DNA from: Chara braunii | Taxonomy: Eukaryota; Plantae; Charophyceae | DNA length: 64,000 nucleotides | Assembly: GCA_003427395.1 (NCBI GenBank) | Contig: BFEA01000020.1 | Span: 5,553,154 to 5,617,153 of the forward strand | Direction of reading: 5' to 3' | Shown here: positions 1 through 12,194 of the stretch, piece after piece | Layout: each line of letters begins with the position of its first letter | How positions within the stretch are numbered: the first letter of the stretch is position 1 | Notes under the pieces: generated by a model | Databases searched by the model: none | Seen by the model: only the letters and a program-made list of their open reading frames with translations | What the model was told of the DNA's origin: nothing | Program-made: the position numbers and the translations under genes

Positions 1-953
1 ATCGGCATCCCAAAGGAACACAACGACAAGCACATAAGGCCAGCTGCCCAGACTCTCCAAATCAGCAAAAGGTCCTATACGCATCGCTGGACATTTTATC
101 AGTCGGAGGTGGATGAAACGACAAGTGGATGGAACAACAAATGGACTACAGGGTTTAAAGAGGGATTAAATAGGAAGATCCGGGTGGCGTAATCATCAGT
201 GTAAGAGTTCAGGGAAGGGTTTAGGGTTTAAAAGGATTTAAAAGGGTTTAATGGCTGTTTGCGGGTTACAAAGACTCTAAAAAGGGCGTACAGTTGGAGA
301 GGCATAAATAAGACACGCCGCTAAGATCTACACAAAACCAGTCACTCCCCACAGTCGGACAGTTGGATGGGCAAACACAAGTTTCACAGTCGAATGACTA
401 GGAGCTAGGGTGCCGCTTCACACTGTCTCCTCACACAGTTCGTTAGATCCTTCGGCCTACAAACTTCGACAACACCCTATGCTTGATTGGAAAAGTCGGT
501 GTGACATAAACGCGACTGTAACGGTTAAGGGGAGGATTTAAGGCTTAAAAGGGAAGTTAAGGGTTTACACGGGTTGGGAAGGGAGAGAGTACAGAGCAAC
601 AGGCCTGCGGAACCACACTGTATCGCAATGCTGTTTACCGCTGGCCAACCTTCCCTGCACAACTTCTTATCGGTCAAACCTCCANGGATAGTCAATAGGC
701 TAAAGAAGTTCGGGTTAGAGAGAAGAGGNTACGNGGGGGCCACAGGGTAACCGAGGGAATGGAGGGTTTGAATGGGTTCAAGAGGTTGACAAATGAACAG
801 GCATTAGGGGAGCTGCCAGACAGGGCTGAGTTGTTAGATTAAGGGTGCTCCAAGATGGGATGGGTGCCACCAGCAGCTCCACGGGTCAATGGAGCCCCAC
901 ACCAGTAAGACAAACAACCACAGCCCCACCTCTGAGCTACATGATGTACTGAT

Positions 954-1115
954 GGGACGCTGGACCCGGTTTTCAGCAGGTGCCGCTCCCCACCAATAGA
1001 TGGAGCAGCCCGACAGACAAGCCCTCAATCCTGGCGGTTCTCGTACCACCACTGGGATAGAGGGATGCCACAAGGGCTTTGTGTCAAAAAAGAAAAAAAG
1101 AAAAAAAAAAGAAAA
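954..1115 (+). mobile_element. Structured poly(A)-tailed short retroposon (GGGACGCTGG-core family), long form
   Basis: Core GGGACGCTGGACCCGGTTTTCAGC, hairpin GCTCCCCACCAATAGATGGAGC, 3' hairpin with TCTCGTA loop, A-rich tail; near-matching copy at 40222-40368. Confidence 0.75.
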
Positions 1116-1523
1116 GATGCTAGCCCTGTTACTCATTCAGACCTCACCGGTCCTCTCATTTCTGATGGATCAAGCCTCTTCACCCACCTTGCGGGAGCCA
1201 GATTTTCCTGCTGTACTAGCTTGTGATCCGTTGTGATCAGATGAGTCCTCAATCATTCCCAAACCATGACCATGGAACTAAACAACCAGATTGTGGAGGA
1301 AATGGGTCTGGGAATTCTGATAGGTGCCAGGTTTCTTTATCAACAGTTCATTGGTGAACCATTCAGCCACATGGGCTGTGTATATTGTACTTTTGTCGGA
1401 GATCCTTTCCTTCAAAAAAAAAAAAAAAAGGTCCTCTCCCTCCAATCTGTGTGACGTGGATTGACCCCTGTAACTTAGTGTCAGAAAGGTGGAAATGAGT
1501 GAACAACCAGGAAAAAACAAAAC

Positions 1524-1971
1524 GGGAAACTATGAGGGAGTCACAAAAAGAGTTTGAAAATATACTTCACAAAAGAGTTTGAAAATACACTTCGGGCAAA
1601 ATACAGTTTCAAATCGCACTTCGGGCAATGTATACAAGCTAGGTTTCCAGTCAGGTAGGATTGCGTGGGGGTGTGCTTTGTCCGGGGGAATGCCTGAAGT
1701 GTAATTTCAAACTGCTTTCGTGACTGTACTGAAGTTACCCAACCGAAGATAAAACGAAGTAGCCCATTCTCTGAAAGGGGAACTACGCGGGAGTGACAAA
1801 AAATGAGTTATAATTGCACTATGGGCAAAGATACAGTTTGAAACTACGGTTCAGGCAATGTATACAACCCAGATTTCTGGCCAGGTAGGGTGCCCGAAGT
1901 GCAGTTGCAAACTGTATCTTGCCCGATAGTGGAATTATAACTCGCTTTTGTGACTCTACTGAAGTTACCCC
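1524..1971. mobile_element. Two adjacent Mutator-like/foldback MITEs (1524-1740, 1777-1971)
   Basis: Imperfect inverted ends GGGAAACTA...GTCACAAAA / GTGACT...GAAGTTACCC; same family as 7922-8106 and 52420-52971. Superfamily inferred from long G-starting TIRs only. Confidence 0.55.
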
Positions 1972-2162
1972 TTTTTTTGCCATTATTTCTCAGAGGCAGA
2001 TTGGCCCCAGTCACCCATTCCCAAATTGATGTGGCTGCTGTCCGCACTTCTTCCTTCTACCCTATCTTTCACCCCTATCCTTCTTGATCTTTACAGTTCC
2101 TGCCCAATATTTGCATCCGCTTTCCACCCGGACTTTTTTTTACATATATATATATATATATA

Positions 2163-2266
2163 TGCTGGGAACCGGGCGCAGCGTCCCATTCAAGATCATA
2201 TTGAGAAATTGAGAAATTTATGGAGAAGTCCTTAAGATACCGGGGCCATTACCCGGCTTCGGCTAA
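2163..2266 (-). mobile_element. GGGACGCTG-core retroposon fragment with upstream GCCGGGTAATGGCCCCGG hairpin
   Basis: Reverse complement of core at 2163-2187 and of the upstream hairpin at 2239-2266; same arrangement at 38878-38970 and 44836-44980. Confidence 0.65.
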
Positions 2267-2285
2267 GAAAGACAACTGTGTAATC

Positions 2286-2404
2286 TACAAAGAACACTAA
2301 AATTCTCTATCCCCAAAAGCTCGGATCAAAGGAGCATTCAGAATGAAAAAAAAACACCTGCCTTAAGGCCTTTCAGCAGCCCAACCCTACCTGCCTCACC
2401 CCCT
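2286..2404 (+). repeat. Unclassified ~120 bp interspersed repeat
   Basis: Near-identical copy at ~43368-43484 (GAACACTAAA...GCTCGGATCAAAGGAGCATTCAGAA...CCCTACCTGCCT). Confidence 0.7.
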
Positions 2405-2715
2405 ATATCCCGATGCTTTAAGTCTTTTTTTTAGCTGTGTTTTCGGTTTGGCGGTCGTTTTTCCCCATTACCCGTTTCACGGTCCCGGAGGTGCCCAACT
2501 GTATGACAACCTCACTTGACCTAGGATAGCCAGGGGGAGTTTGAGTGGAGACTGAGCATGTTCCCACATTCATCCACTATCTGAGGGTTGCCGAAGCGCG
2601 GCTGTCGCTACACCTCGTGCCACCTCAGTGGAGTTGTGGTCTGTTCGGGCCCCTTACTTCTCCACAACTGCAGTAGCGCCGCCCATCGGTGGTCTGTTTG
2701 CAAGTCCCATTCGGC

Positions 2716-3151
2716 CTGATTGGCCGCTGAGCCATTTCTTCTGTCTCTTGTTGGGGATGAAATCGACCAGCTGCTGATGGTGAATCACTGCAGTGGATGT
2801 AGGGGGACTTGTGAGTCAGAGTCCGGAGCTAGGCTGGTTATTTGGATCTGTGCTAAGGGGAAACAGGCCTGGGGATATCATTCCCTAGTAGTGTCCTTAT
2901 GATTAAAAAAAAAAATAATAATAATAATAATAATAAAAAGATGATAAATTTGACAAATAGTGCATCAATTTCGTCTCCTGATTGGCCGCTGAGCCATTTC
3001 TTCTGTCTCTTGTTGGGGATGAAGCTGCTGATGGTGAATCACTGCAGTGGATGTAGGCGGACTTGTGAGTCAGAGTCCGGAGCTAGGCTGGTTATTTGGA
3101 TCTGTGCTAAGGGGAACCAGGCCTGGGGATATCATTCCCTAGTAGTGTCCT
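2716..3151 (+). repeat. Local ~175 bp direct duplication separated by an A/TAA-rich spacer
   Basis: CCTGATTGGCCGCTGAGCC...GTAGTGTCCT occurs twice (~2716-2897, ~2977-3151). Confidence 0.8.
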
Positions 3152-3239
3152 AGACCACCCCTGGCTCTATGTTGCGCTACCTGTCGCCAAGCAACCCTAT
3201 GGATGCAAAGTGTACCATCATTGGTACTTTCCCGTAGGT

Positions 3240-3800
3240 ACGTGGCTGCAGCCCTTCACAAGATAGCGAGCTGCTTGGGTTTTGCCGCCATGATGGAGTT
3301 GTTGATGGCCAAGGCTCTACCCACTGGAGAGGTGTGGAGGCCCTTCCATTTGGAGATTTGACTGAGGGCCGACTGCACCAGGGCATCACCATGGTCCTTT
3401 GGGGGACGCACTGCGGTGAGTCTTACTCCCAGTATCGTGATTGCGTCCTCCTTGGCTCTCCATGTGACAGTGGGCCGTTGTGGTGGTGGCAGAGCCTGTG
3501 AATGCAGCCACCAGCCCTCTGTCTTAGGCCCCCAATTCACTTTCATATCAGCCGCTATTGAGAAGAGGTCGATTGCCTTCTCTACTTCCCTCATACTTAG
3601 ATCATTTGCCTGGATGAGGAACGTCAAGTTGTCAGCAGATAGGAAGGTGACTGGGACTAGGTGGGGAGGGAACTTGATCTTTTGGATGCCAGGGCTGGCT
3701 CTAGTGAGGGATGCCAGGGCCTCCATCACGATTACAATAAGAAGGGGGGCAAGTGGGTCAGAGGTGAGCAACAGGTATCCAGACCCGGGCCCGCACCCAC
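3240..3800 (-). pseudogene. L1-clade LINE ORF2 RT fragment
   Basis: DPLAPLLIVIVMEAL, SADNLT (degenerate FADD), VNWGPKTEGWW, GRALAINNSI; homologous to the LINE ORF2 at 30500-31270. Confidence 0.85.
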
Positions 3801-4138
3801 AAGGCGATGCATCGGTGTGGGTGTCGATAAGCTGGGCAGGGTGGGTGGAGGGTGGGTCCAAGCTAGCTGGTCTAGATGTGTGACACACTTGTAAATGTTG
3901 ACCCGGGTCACCCGAATGGGTGGGTGGCAGGTGGGTGAATGTCTGGCCTGGGTCACCCGACCTGCTGACCCAGGATGACCCACAAGAACCCNTCCCCCTG
4001 CCCCCCCCCCCCAACACCACCCGTGAGCGTAGGGAAAAAAACACTAAAATTGGAGGCAAAACAAAAAAGGTCTGGCTCTCCCAAAACAAAACAATTGCGG
4101 TCCAGCCGCCAGTGGCATATTGGGACCCACCCGAAGAC

Positions 4139-4176
4139 CTGTCTCTTATACACATCTAGATGTGTATAAGAGACAG
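4139..4176. other. Nextera mate-pair junction adapter (assembly artefact)
   Basis: CTGTCTCTTATACACATCT-AGATGTGTATAAGAGACAG, flanked by a duplicated ~65 bp segment. Confidence 0.97.
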
Positions 4177-4769
4177 GGTCTGGCTCTCCCAAAACAAAAC
4201 AATTGCGGTCCAGCCGCCAGTGGCATATTGGGACCCACCCGAACAAATGCCACAGTGTGCCACTTCCGGCTGGAGTGTTGGGAGATTTTGCTCCTGTAAA
4301 AAGAACGTGGAGCGAACCTACCCACATGAGGCGGTAAGGTTCGCTCCTCCATTTGAATTTGGGGACTTGAGGTTGTATTTTCGCGCAGTCACCTGATCTT
4401 GTTTCTTTGCACCGTCACCTCATCGAATCATTGTTTGTTTGTTTTTTTTGTTTTTTTTGAAAAGCTACGTTCTTCTCTCAATTTCACCTCACACTACCTA
4501 CCTACCACTACTTCTAATTGTAGGCATACGGGGAACCCCGTAACGGTGTTCACAAGAGAACATGCGGGGGCTGCTCCCGACCTGCGGTTGGGCGATACCG
4601 GCTAGGGGACAGCCGTTAGCATCAGGGATCATGCCAACAGGACCAATCCCTGTGCCTCCCCTCAGGTCCCCTCCCCTACAAACATCAGCAGACTCTGCTC
4701 AATGCCGATCGGGGGATCCAGTGGTCTATCTCTAAGTGGCGGGTGCCAAGCATGCCCAGGAAGGTACAT

Positions 4770-4841
4770 GAGGCCAAATGGGGATTGAACCCACGACCTC
4801 CTGAATGCCACTTGCGTGCCTTACCATCTGAGTTAGGCCGC
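4770..4841 (-). mobile_element. tRNA-derived SINE head or tRNA pseudogene
   Basis: Minus strand has A-box TAACTCAGATGG and B-box GGTTCAATCC at tRNA spacing; anticodon arm pairs poorly. Confidence 0.65.
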
Positions 4842-5712
4842 TTGTGAGGTCAGTGCGCAATGTCATATTATGTGTAAATGTTAGGTTGGGCATGAGCAGG
4901 TGCAGGTGGAGAAATGATTTTCCTGTGGGTGCGGGTGGGTCCGGGTGAAGTTTTTTTAGGCAGGGCAGGTGTGGGGGCGATTTTTTTTTCGGAAAAAAAC
5001 TTGGGTTGGCGAGATCACCTTAAGACTCTGTTTTCTTTTTTTAATCAGGGCGGGCGATACTAGGAATACTTTGGGCGGCGATAGTGGTGAGGCTCGAGCT
5101 TTCGAGATCACGCTGAGGTAGGATAGTGGGATAGGGGGTGCGCGTGAGTGCGCGGGGAACATACCGGCCGACGGGTCTGGCGGTCGTGGGACCCAAGTCC
5201 TCGGTGGTGCCGAGGGGGACGGAGTGTGTTGTCGCCATCACCAGCAAGAAGGAGAGTTGACCTAGACATAGACGTGGAGTTTTTTTTTGGTGGCGAAACG
5301 GGCCGGGTAGGAGCACCCTGTGGTCGGCATACAGAAGGCGTCCTTGCGCAAACAGCTGGTGAAGACACTGCGGAATAACGACTAGATCAAATAAGGTAAT
5401 TCGGCATCGCTCGAAATTGCAGCAGCTCTTCAGGGCAAGATATACGTATCGGTTCTGGTGGCGATGGCCTCAGCAGAGGAGTTCCAACACCGGGCGAATG
5501 CGTGGCTGGCCGAACTGGAAGATACTTAGAGGCGCATGCAACGGATTGTCGGAGTCTTGTCCTCTGTTGCTCAGGCCTGGCCGGTGGCAGATTGGGGGGG
5601 ATCTGCCCTGGTTGTATGGCTGGAGGACAAGTGTCAGCAACTTTCAACGCCCCTCTGGCAGATCGAGGAGGATCCGGAACTGGAGGCTTTCGTTGATTGG
5701 TGGCAGGCGGAG

Positions 5713-5755
<43 letters not shown>

Positions 5756-6257
5756 GTTCTGATATTCGGTTGCAACATGATTTTCGAACAGGGGGTAGAT
5801 TATAGTGACGCGCTGAAGGAGAGGTTGGAGACTGAGGCTCAATTGGACTTCAATCCTCTCATCTCGTCTTCTGGGGAGTCTGCGACATCGATAACGGCCG
5901 CTGCACTAGTGGCGACCTCACTTGACACATCATCAACCACAACAACTGTGACAATAAAGATGGGTGGAGCGTTTGCCATCACAGTTTTATTGAACATGCC
6001 ACCCGTGACAACAACTACAGTGTCCATCATGACAACAGACTCATCAGCAACAATGAAAAGTTTGACAGCGGGGCAAGCAGCAGAGGAGGTCGAACCGGCT
6101 CGCACTACACATGCTGCTAATCGGCAGCTGGAGGGCAAGGAACCAGAAGTGGTTTTTGTTCTTCCTCCCAACATCCCCTCCTTCTCCTCCCACCCTCCTC
6201 TAATTCCCCCCTTGTATTTCATACATCTCTGCATTGCTAACGTCACCTTTACATTAG

Positions 6258-6714
6258 GGGGCTCGTTCGACACTCCTCGGGCGCCTAAAGTCCCCGAGGA
6301 ATTGTTCGTTCCATTTATCCTCGGGGGTGCAGCCGGAAAAAAAGAAAGTGAAAACAATCCGAAGGAAATTCCTCGGGCTCCGAGGATTCCCCAGCCATTT
6401 CTCCCTTTTGCCCAAGGGACCTCACGAGGTCCCTTGGGCAAAAGGAATCCGCTTTTCACGGAGAGGAGTGGGCACACGCGTAGAGAGACGTTACAACCAA
6501 GAATCTGGATCGTGGCGGCACCCTATTGGCTGAAGGCCTTAAGCACATTTGTTTGTTTTTTTTTTCCTTTTTTCTTTTCTGACATCGCTCCAAGGAAACG
6601 TCCTCGGGCGACGTCCCCGAGGACAGGTGGAACGAAGGGCCCAAATTTCCTTTTGACTAAAAGGAATTTTTCCTCGGGCTCCGAGGACGCCCCAAGGAGT
6701 GTCGAACGAGCCCC
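6258..6714. mobile_element. PIF/Harbinger (Tourist-like) MITE
   Basis: TIRs GGGGCTCGTTCGACACTCCT / AGGAGTGTCGAACGAGCCCC, 3-bp TSD TAG; TIRs shared with 53050-55203. Confidence 0.9.
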
Positions 6715-7017
6715 TAGGTAACAACACGCACCACGATCCGTGCTCCGCTCAAGCGGCGGCACACTTGCCTTATCTCTTCTCGGTTTACGTGTCTGCACAG
6801 CGTGGAGGGTGGGAGGAGGGGTTCGGTTGGTAGCTGGGAATGAGGGATCGTAATCTTCGGGGGAGCAAGCACAGGCAATGGATGCAAGATGGAGTGGGTT
6901 AGAGGCCGAGATTAAGGGCGATCAGATCGACCCTTCTCATGTGACCACCTTGCATGGAGCTTAACCGCAGTGGAGGTCGATCTGTCAAGTACTGATTGCC
7001 CCCCCCTCTTTGCTTAC

Positions 7018-7190
7018 CCTGATGGGTTGCAGTTTGAACTGTTTGGATTGGATTGGAGCAGTCTGGATCTGTATTGATTTCATGTGTATGAGACTCGTCC
7101 TGANGATGGGTTGCAGTTTGAACTGTTTGGATTGGATTGGAGCGGTCTGGATCTGTATTGATTTCATGTGTATGAGACTCGTCCTGATCT
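7018..7190 (+). repeat. ~85 bp tandem repeat (2 copies, decayed related sequence to ~7340)
   Basis: ATGGGTTGCAGTTTGAACTG...GAGACTCGTCCTGA repeated; an N at the junction suggests possible assembly duplication. Confidence 0.7.
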
Positions 7191-7921
7191 GATCTGCTTC
7201 TCTATTTCGTTTTTTTACACCTGTACAATTTGAATTGCCAGGATTGGATTGGGTCGGTCTCAACTTTCATTGACTTCATGTATACGGGACCCCTCCTGAT
7301 CTGTTCTTCAATTTCATTTGTTTGTTTACACCTGTGTGCTTCGATTTGATAGTTAACTCTTGGTTGATGGGAATCTGACTTCGTCGTCTCTGCTTTCATC
7401 AGAAATTATTTGCTTCCTCCCTAGCTGTGTTTCAATAATCTGAAGGGAAAGCAATCCTTTGGTTTGGAAGTCGATCTCTCCTCCCTGTTCGATTTCGCCA
7501 CGTTGGATAAGGGATTGTAATAATTAGGGTTACACTAGGGAGACTCGTTCTTTGTCAACTTCAGATCCTAATTAAACAACGAATTATCAAGGGTTTGATG
7601 GGATCTTCGATTCAGTTAGACTCTTATACCCTGCTACCCCTCCCCCCCCAGTGTGTATGGTGCAGGACGCCCCAAGTAGATTTAGTCAAGTTGAGCAGGG
7701 CAGAGCTTGATTGCGCATGGTGCGGGGTTAATCCTTCCTTATTTGGGAAGCAATCAATGCCCCTTGCCCGCGCTACATCCATATAGAATAGGGAAACTGT
7801 CTCCATGGGACCAGTGGCTGAGGCTCTTCCAGCCGTAATGGGAAGAGGCGTGGGTTCGCTTTGTATTCAATTGCCTAATTGAGCCTTGGGCACTGGGCCC
7901 CTTGTTTTGGGGGAAAAAAAA

Positions 7922-8106
7922 GGGGGTAACTTCGGCGCAGTCACAAAAACAGTTCGTAATTGCACTTCGGGCAATCCCACGAATACAACACACCCCCACG
8001 CGACCCCACCGAACCCGAAACTTAGGTCATATACATTCAGCATTACCGGCCCTTTTGCCTCAAGTGCAATTACAAACTCAAACCCTGACTGCGCCGTAGT
8101 TTTCTC
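7922..8106. mobile_element. Mutator-like/foldback MITE in a poly(A) context
   Basis: GGTAACTTCGGCGCAGTCA...TAATTGCACTT inverted against AAGTGCAATTA...TGACTGCGCCGTAGTT. Confidence 0.6.
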
Positions 8107-8461
8107 AAAAAAAAAAAAAAAAAAAGGAATACTTTGGGCGGCTGGATGAAGTGGCAATTTCAAAAAAAATGATCATCTTTGAATTGGGTTCCATTGCCTC
8201 ACCTACCTCTAAAGGGGGAAAGGTGGGGGGAGATGGCCACTTAACATGATATTTGTGGCAACTGTTCTCTCTCACCACCGCCGGGATAGTGGGCTTACGC
8301 AGGGGCTATTCAAAAAAAAAAAAAAAAAAAAAAAAGGATGTTTACCCATTCACCGAAGGTGTCTCCAAAGTTCATTTTCATGAGGCACACATCTAGAAAA
8401 TCCCAATCCACAAGGATCGTACGGTTTTTCAAAGTTGATACATAATATGGCTGCATCCACC

Positions 8462-8623
8462 TTTCTTTTCTTTTCTTTTCTTTTTTTATTTCTTTTTTTT
8501 ATCATCAGAACAGCCCGAGGTGGTGGTAGGGGTGCTGATAAGAGCAGACACCGCTTTCACTCTCGGGGAGGCTCCATCTATTGGTGGGGAGCTGCACCTG
8601 CTGGAAACCGGGTCCAGCGTCCC
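8462..8623 (-). mobile_element. GGGACGCTGG-core retroposon, long form
   Basis: Core, middle hairpin, TGCTCTTATCA motif, poly(T) on the plus strand. Confidence 0.75.
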
Positions 8624-9180
8624 AGAACAACATGTTGACTCGTTTACGCAGACATCTGAGTATGGTAACTGGTATCTGTACGGTCCATCCTCAAAGGAGG
8701 CGATTTCTGACTAGGGTTACACACCTACTCAGTATCCTAAGTTGGTTGCCTACATGACTGCTGTAATTTGATTATGCGGTAGTAAACCCGAGTCCCATGG
8801 CTGCTATCTCTCTTCACTCGTGGAGCCAGGCTCTATCACCAATGAATGGGCACCAGTACATCTAGGCAAACTAACCTCCCGTTCCCCAACCCCCACCCTT
8901 CGGAACATGAGTTATTTGAACAATGTTAAACAATATTAAACTGTATTATATATCTTTTGAGACTGCTACGAGCTGTGGGAATTTGGTCCGTATCCAAGAT
9001 TGCAGTTGAGGTTCCTGTACCTCTTCACTCATCCTCTGAGCGCCTGACTTGTCGTGCTCTGTTCTGGTACTTCTGCATGCGGGGTTTTTGGGGAGTATAG
9101 TCTAATCCCCTAACCCCCAACCCCTAGACCCTCAGCACATTACAGTCTCTTTCATTGCAAGTCATGGTAAGCTAGTGAAG

Positions 9181-9377
9181 TGAAAACCAGTGGGAATTCC
9201 AGTGTCCCTACACAGCCTTATAACTGGAACGAAGTTACAGGTTCGCAGGTTCTGCCCGTATCCACATTCGCATCAGGTGAAAACCAGTGGAAATTCCAGC
9301 TTCCGTACACAGCCTTATAACTGGAACGAAGTTGCAGGTTTGCAGGTTCTGCCCGTATCCACATTCGCATCAGGTGA
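9181..9377 (+). repeat. ~97 bp tandem duplication
   Basis: TGAAAACCAGTGG...CCACATTCGCATCAGG twice. Confidence 0.8.
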
Positions 9378-9599
9378 GCCCCTTAATGACGAAAGTTCCC
9401 AGCTCTCATATATCTCCAGTGGTCTACCGCGTCTGTTGATGCTGTTGTTCGCCACAGTGTCTTGAAGACTTCCAGTTGTTCACATCGTTTGCAGCAGGTG
9501 TAGAGGCGGCGGGATGGTTGAGGCTCAGAGGTGGGAGGGGGTCGAGAGGGGGTGGTGGCGAAAGACGGCGGGATGATTGAGGCTCAGGAGACGGGGGGG

Positions 9600-10221
9600 G
9601 GTTCGGGGAGGAGGTGGTGGCGGGGGTAGTGAGTGGGGAGTGGGATGGGTTACTGCGGAGTTGGGGCAGGGGCGATTGTGTGGTGGGGATTCTGAGGGAT
9701 CAACAGAAAGTTGGTCGGTAGGTATGGGACTGCAAAATCATCTAGGGATCTTCTTTGCCAGAATGGTTCATCCGCCCTCCAGTTTTTCCATTGTAAATGG
9801 AGGTCGTCTAGGAGGTCAGAGAAGGCGTGGTGCGGGTCCTGCCAGATCTGGCAGTAGGTGTTGGCATCTCTTTCATTGTGATAGTTCTGTTTCATGGTTT
9901 TCCAGGCATATTGTGTGCGGGATCTGATCTCTTCCTCTATCGCCTGCTGTACTTGCTGCAGACCGTATTGGTGGTCTTTTCTCTCAAAGGAGCATCTAGC
10001 TCTCCAAGCTTGCATGAGAACGTGTAGTCTCATGTATGAGAAGTGGTTAGTGGCAAATGGAGTCCAGTGCCGTAGAAGATGTTGGTTTTTGCCTAGCAAG
10101 ATAAGGCCCAGGTCCCACGGGATATGTATGTTCGTGAGCGAATGGAACGCCGCGTCCCACCACCTCCATATTTGGGCAACCATCGGGCACGCCAACAGGC
10201 AGTGTTCGAGTGTTGCCCTGG
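9600..10221 (-). pseudogene. 3' end of L1-clade LINE ORF2 (second half of zinc-knuckle region)
   Basis: ATLEHCLLACP...IWRWW...WRARC; joins in frame to CTFCGRTTLPAR at 29195 once the insertion is removed. Confidence 0.85.
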
Positions 10222-10478
10222 AAGCTATGTGTCCCCCTAGGCCGTGGCTGCCTCCGACTCGGCCGCGGGCCCGCGGCCGAGTTCCTGCGCGGCCGTGCCA
10301 CGGCCCAGTGGGGGCGCACGCGCGCGGGCGGCGCACGTCGTCCCCTATGTGACTGCGGCAAAAAAAATTAAAATTTTCTTTTTTTTGGGGGGGGGTGTTT
10401 TTTTTTTTGATTGATTCATTGGTTTTTTTGATTGATTGATTGATTGGTAGGGGAGGGGTCCTCCCTCCCCTCCCCCCG

Positions 10479-10479
<1 letters not shown>

Positions 10480-10535
<56 letters not shown>

Positions 10536-12135
10536 AAAAAATAATAATAAAAGTTATAATCTTAGTTAATAATAAATATTTTTTTAATAGTAGTATAAGT
10601 AATAATAAAATAATAAAATAATTGAATAATAAATAATAAAATAATTAAAAATTAAATAACTATATAAGTAATATCAATTAAGTAATAATAGTATAATAAT
10701 AATGATAATAAGTAATCATAATAATAATAATAAAATAAATTAAGTAAAATAATTAAAAATTACTATTAAAAAATAATAATAAAACTTACCACCAACCCGG
10801 ATCCAGCTTTGTGTATCCTGGATATCTTATAAATTAAAGAATACTGTTACATTAAACTTTTAAATAGGGCCTTCACATACCCAGTACTCCCCCAATAAAC
10901 TACTGAATATGATTTCACGATATGGCACTCACCACGCCTCCCACAAAATGGAAACTATATCTTTTTATGCCAAACATACATTGACTGTAACACAGTTATG
11001 GGTCTCCATTGCAATGTATACAATGGCACTGATAATATAACTATACAACCCTCCCACGCAATTAAAAAAACGTTTCACACACGGTACCGCACTCCCAAGC
11101 AAATACACCCGCAACCCACAACACCACCACCCTGAAACGACACAACCGAGTACGCAATGAAAAGACACAGCACACGCGTGCTCGACAGTAAAAGAACAGA
11201 CAAAACACTGCTCCCGCCATAGCAAAAACTCCCCCTTATGAAAACGACAGCCGATAAGACAATACCCCACGGGCCGATACACATACAGACAAAAGAACAA
11301 CTGTACAACACTGACTCCTCGACGGCCATATCCATGCACACACTTACCGGATGCAATTATACCACGACTCACCCAAAATTTCAGCGCAACCCACACCCTG
11401 ATGCTCCGTACCTATCAAACATCACCAAGTGATTACCCCCCCCACCACCACCACTAGGCCCCTCACTTCTTGTTAAAATAACACACGCCACCCTCACCCT
11501 CGCATAACTTTGAATGGCGCAAAACAAGAAGTCGCAACACGACGCTTACAACCCACAAAAACTCGGATACACCACATACACCCCTCATAACTGGGCTTCA
11601 AACTCCGCCAAAATGGATCTCCTGCCCCTACCCCCAACCTACCTTACCTTTGGTATACCCTCCTTATACACCTNAGTTNCCTATCATATACTAATCCCCC
11701 GTAGGTTGCACACCCTCTTTATTATGCATCNTATATTCAAGAGATATNGCTTTTTCCATAANCGCTGGCGTCCCCGTGCACTAGCACACGAGTTCTCGCC
11801 TGCATGACATGCTCCTCTACCNCCTTCACGGCACAGNTGTTCCTCCGGTTCGGAGAGCTGTTCGCCTAGCAGTTCCTNCTCCTGGCGTCGGTGAGAAGTA
11901 CGTCCGTTCACNGGACGCTCAGCTTACGNTGAATAGCGATCTGACGTTTCGCTACGCAAGCGCACACAGTGNTATGGCGGCGACTGATCCTCAAGCTGCA
12001 CCGATCTTGACCTCTCAGGTAAGGATTNATAACCATGGTCTACCTCCTGCACACTCTCCCCCTTCTATCCCGTGCTTCCCTGCTCTCCCGAAGCGACCTT
12101 TTTTCTTTCTTCCCCAATACTGCTAACCGGAGCTN
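10480..12135 (+). repeat. Left pseudo-LTR (shared part)
   Basis: Matches 26431-28029, starting at (CA)n then an AT-rich tract; first ~500 bp differ by SNPs and a ~30 bp indel. Confidence 0.9.
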
Positions 12136-12143
12136 ACACTAAT

Positions 12144-12194
12144 CCCTCTGATGAGCTGCTATAGGTGTTAGGCAGTGAAAAGCGCGCTTAAGGG
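12144..12194 (+). ncRNA. Type I hammerhead ribozyme with palindromic stem III
   Basis: CCCT-CTGATGA-GCTGC(tataggtgttag)GCAGT-GAA-AAGCGCGCTT-A-AGGG: stem I CCCT/AGGG, cores CUGAUGA and GAAA, predicted cleavage after UUA (12190). Confidence 0.85.

Noticed and set aside
150-800. Telomere-like TTTAGGG/GGGTTTA motifs
   Set aside because: Scattered and degenerate, no tandem array
5417-6721. 434-aa ORF
   Set aside because: Runs through a poly(T) tract and a Harbinger MITE; a chance composite frame
11630-12135. Perfect identity of the two pseudo-LTRs as proof of very recent insertion
   Set aside because: Both copies share Ns at identical positions, suggesting one collapsed consensus placed twice; the AT-rich start does differ between copies
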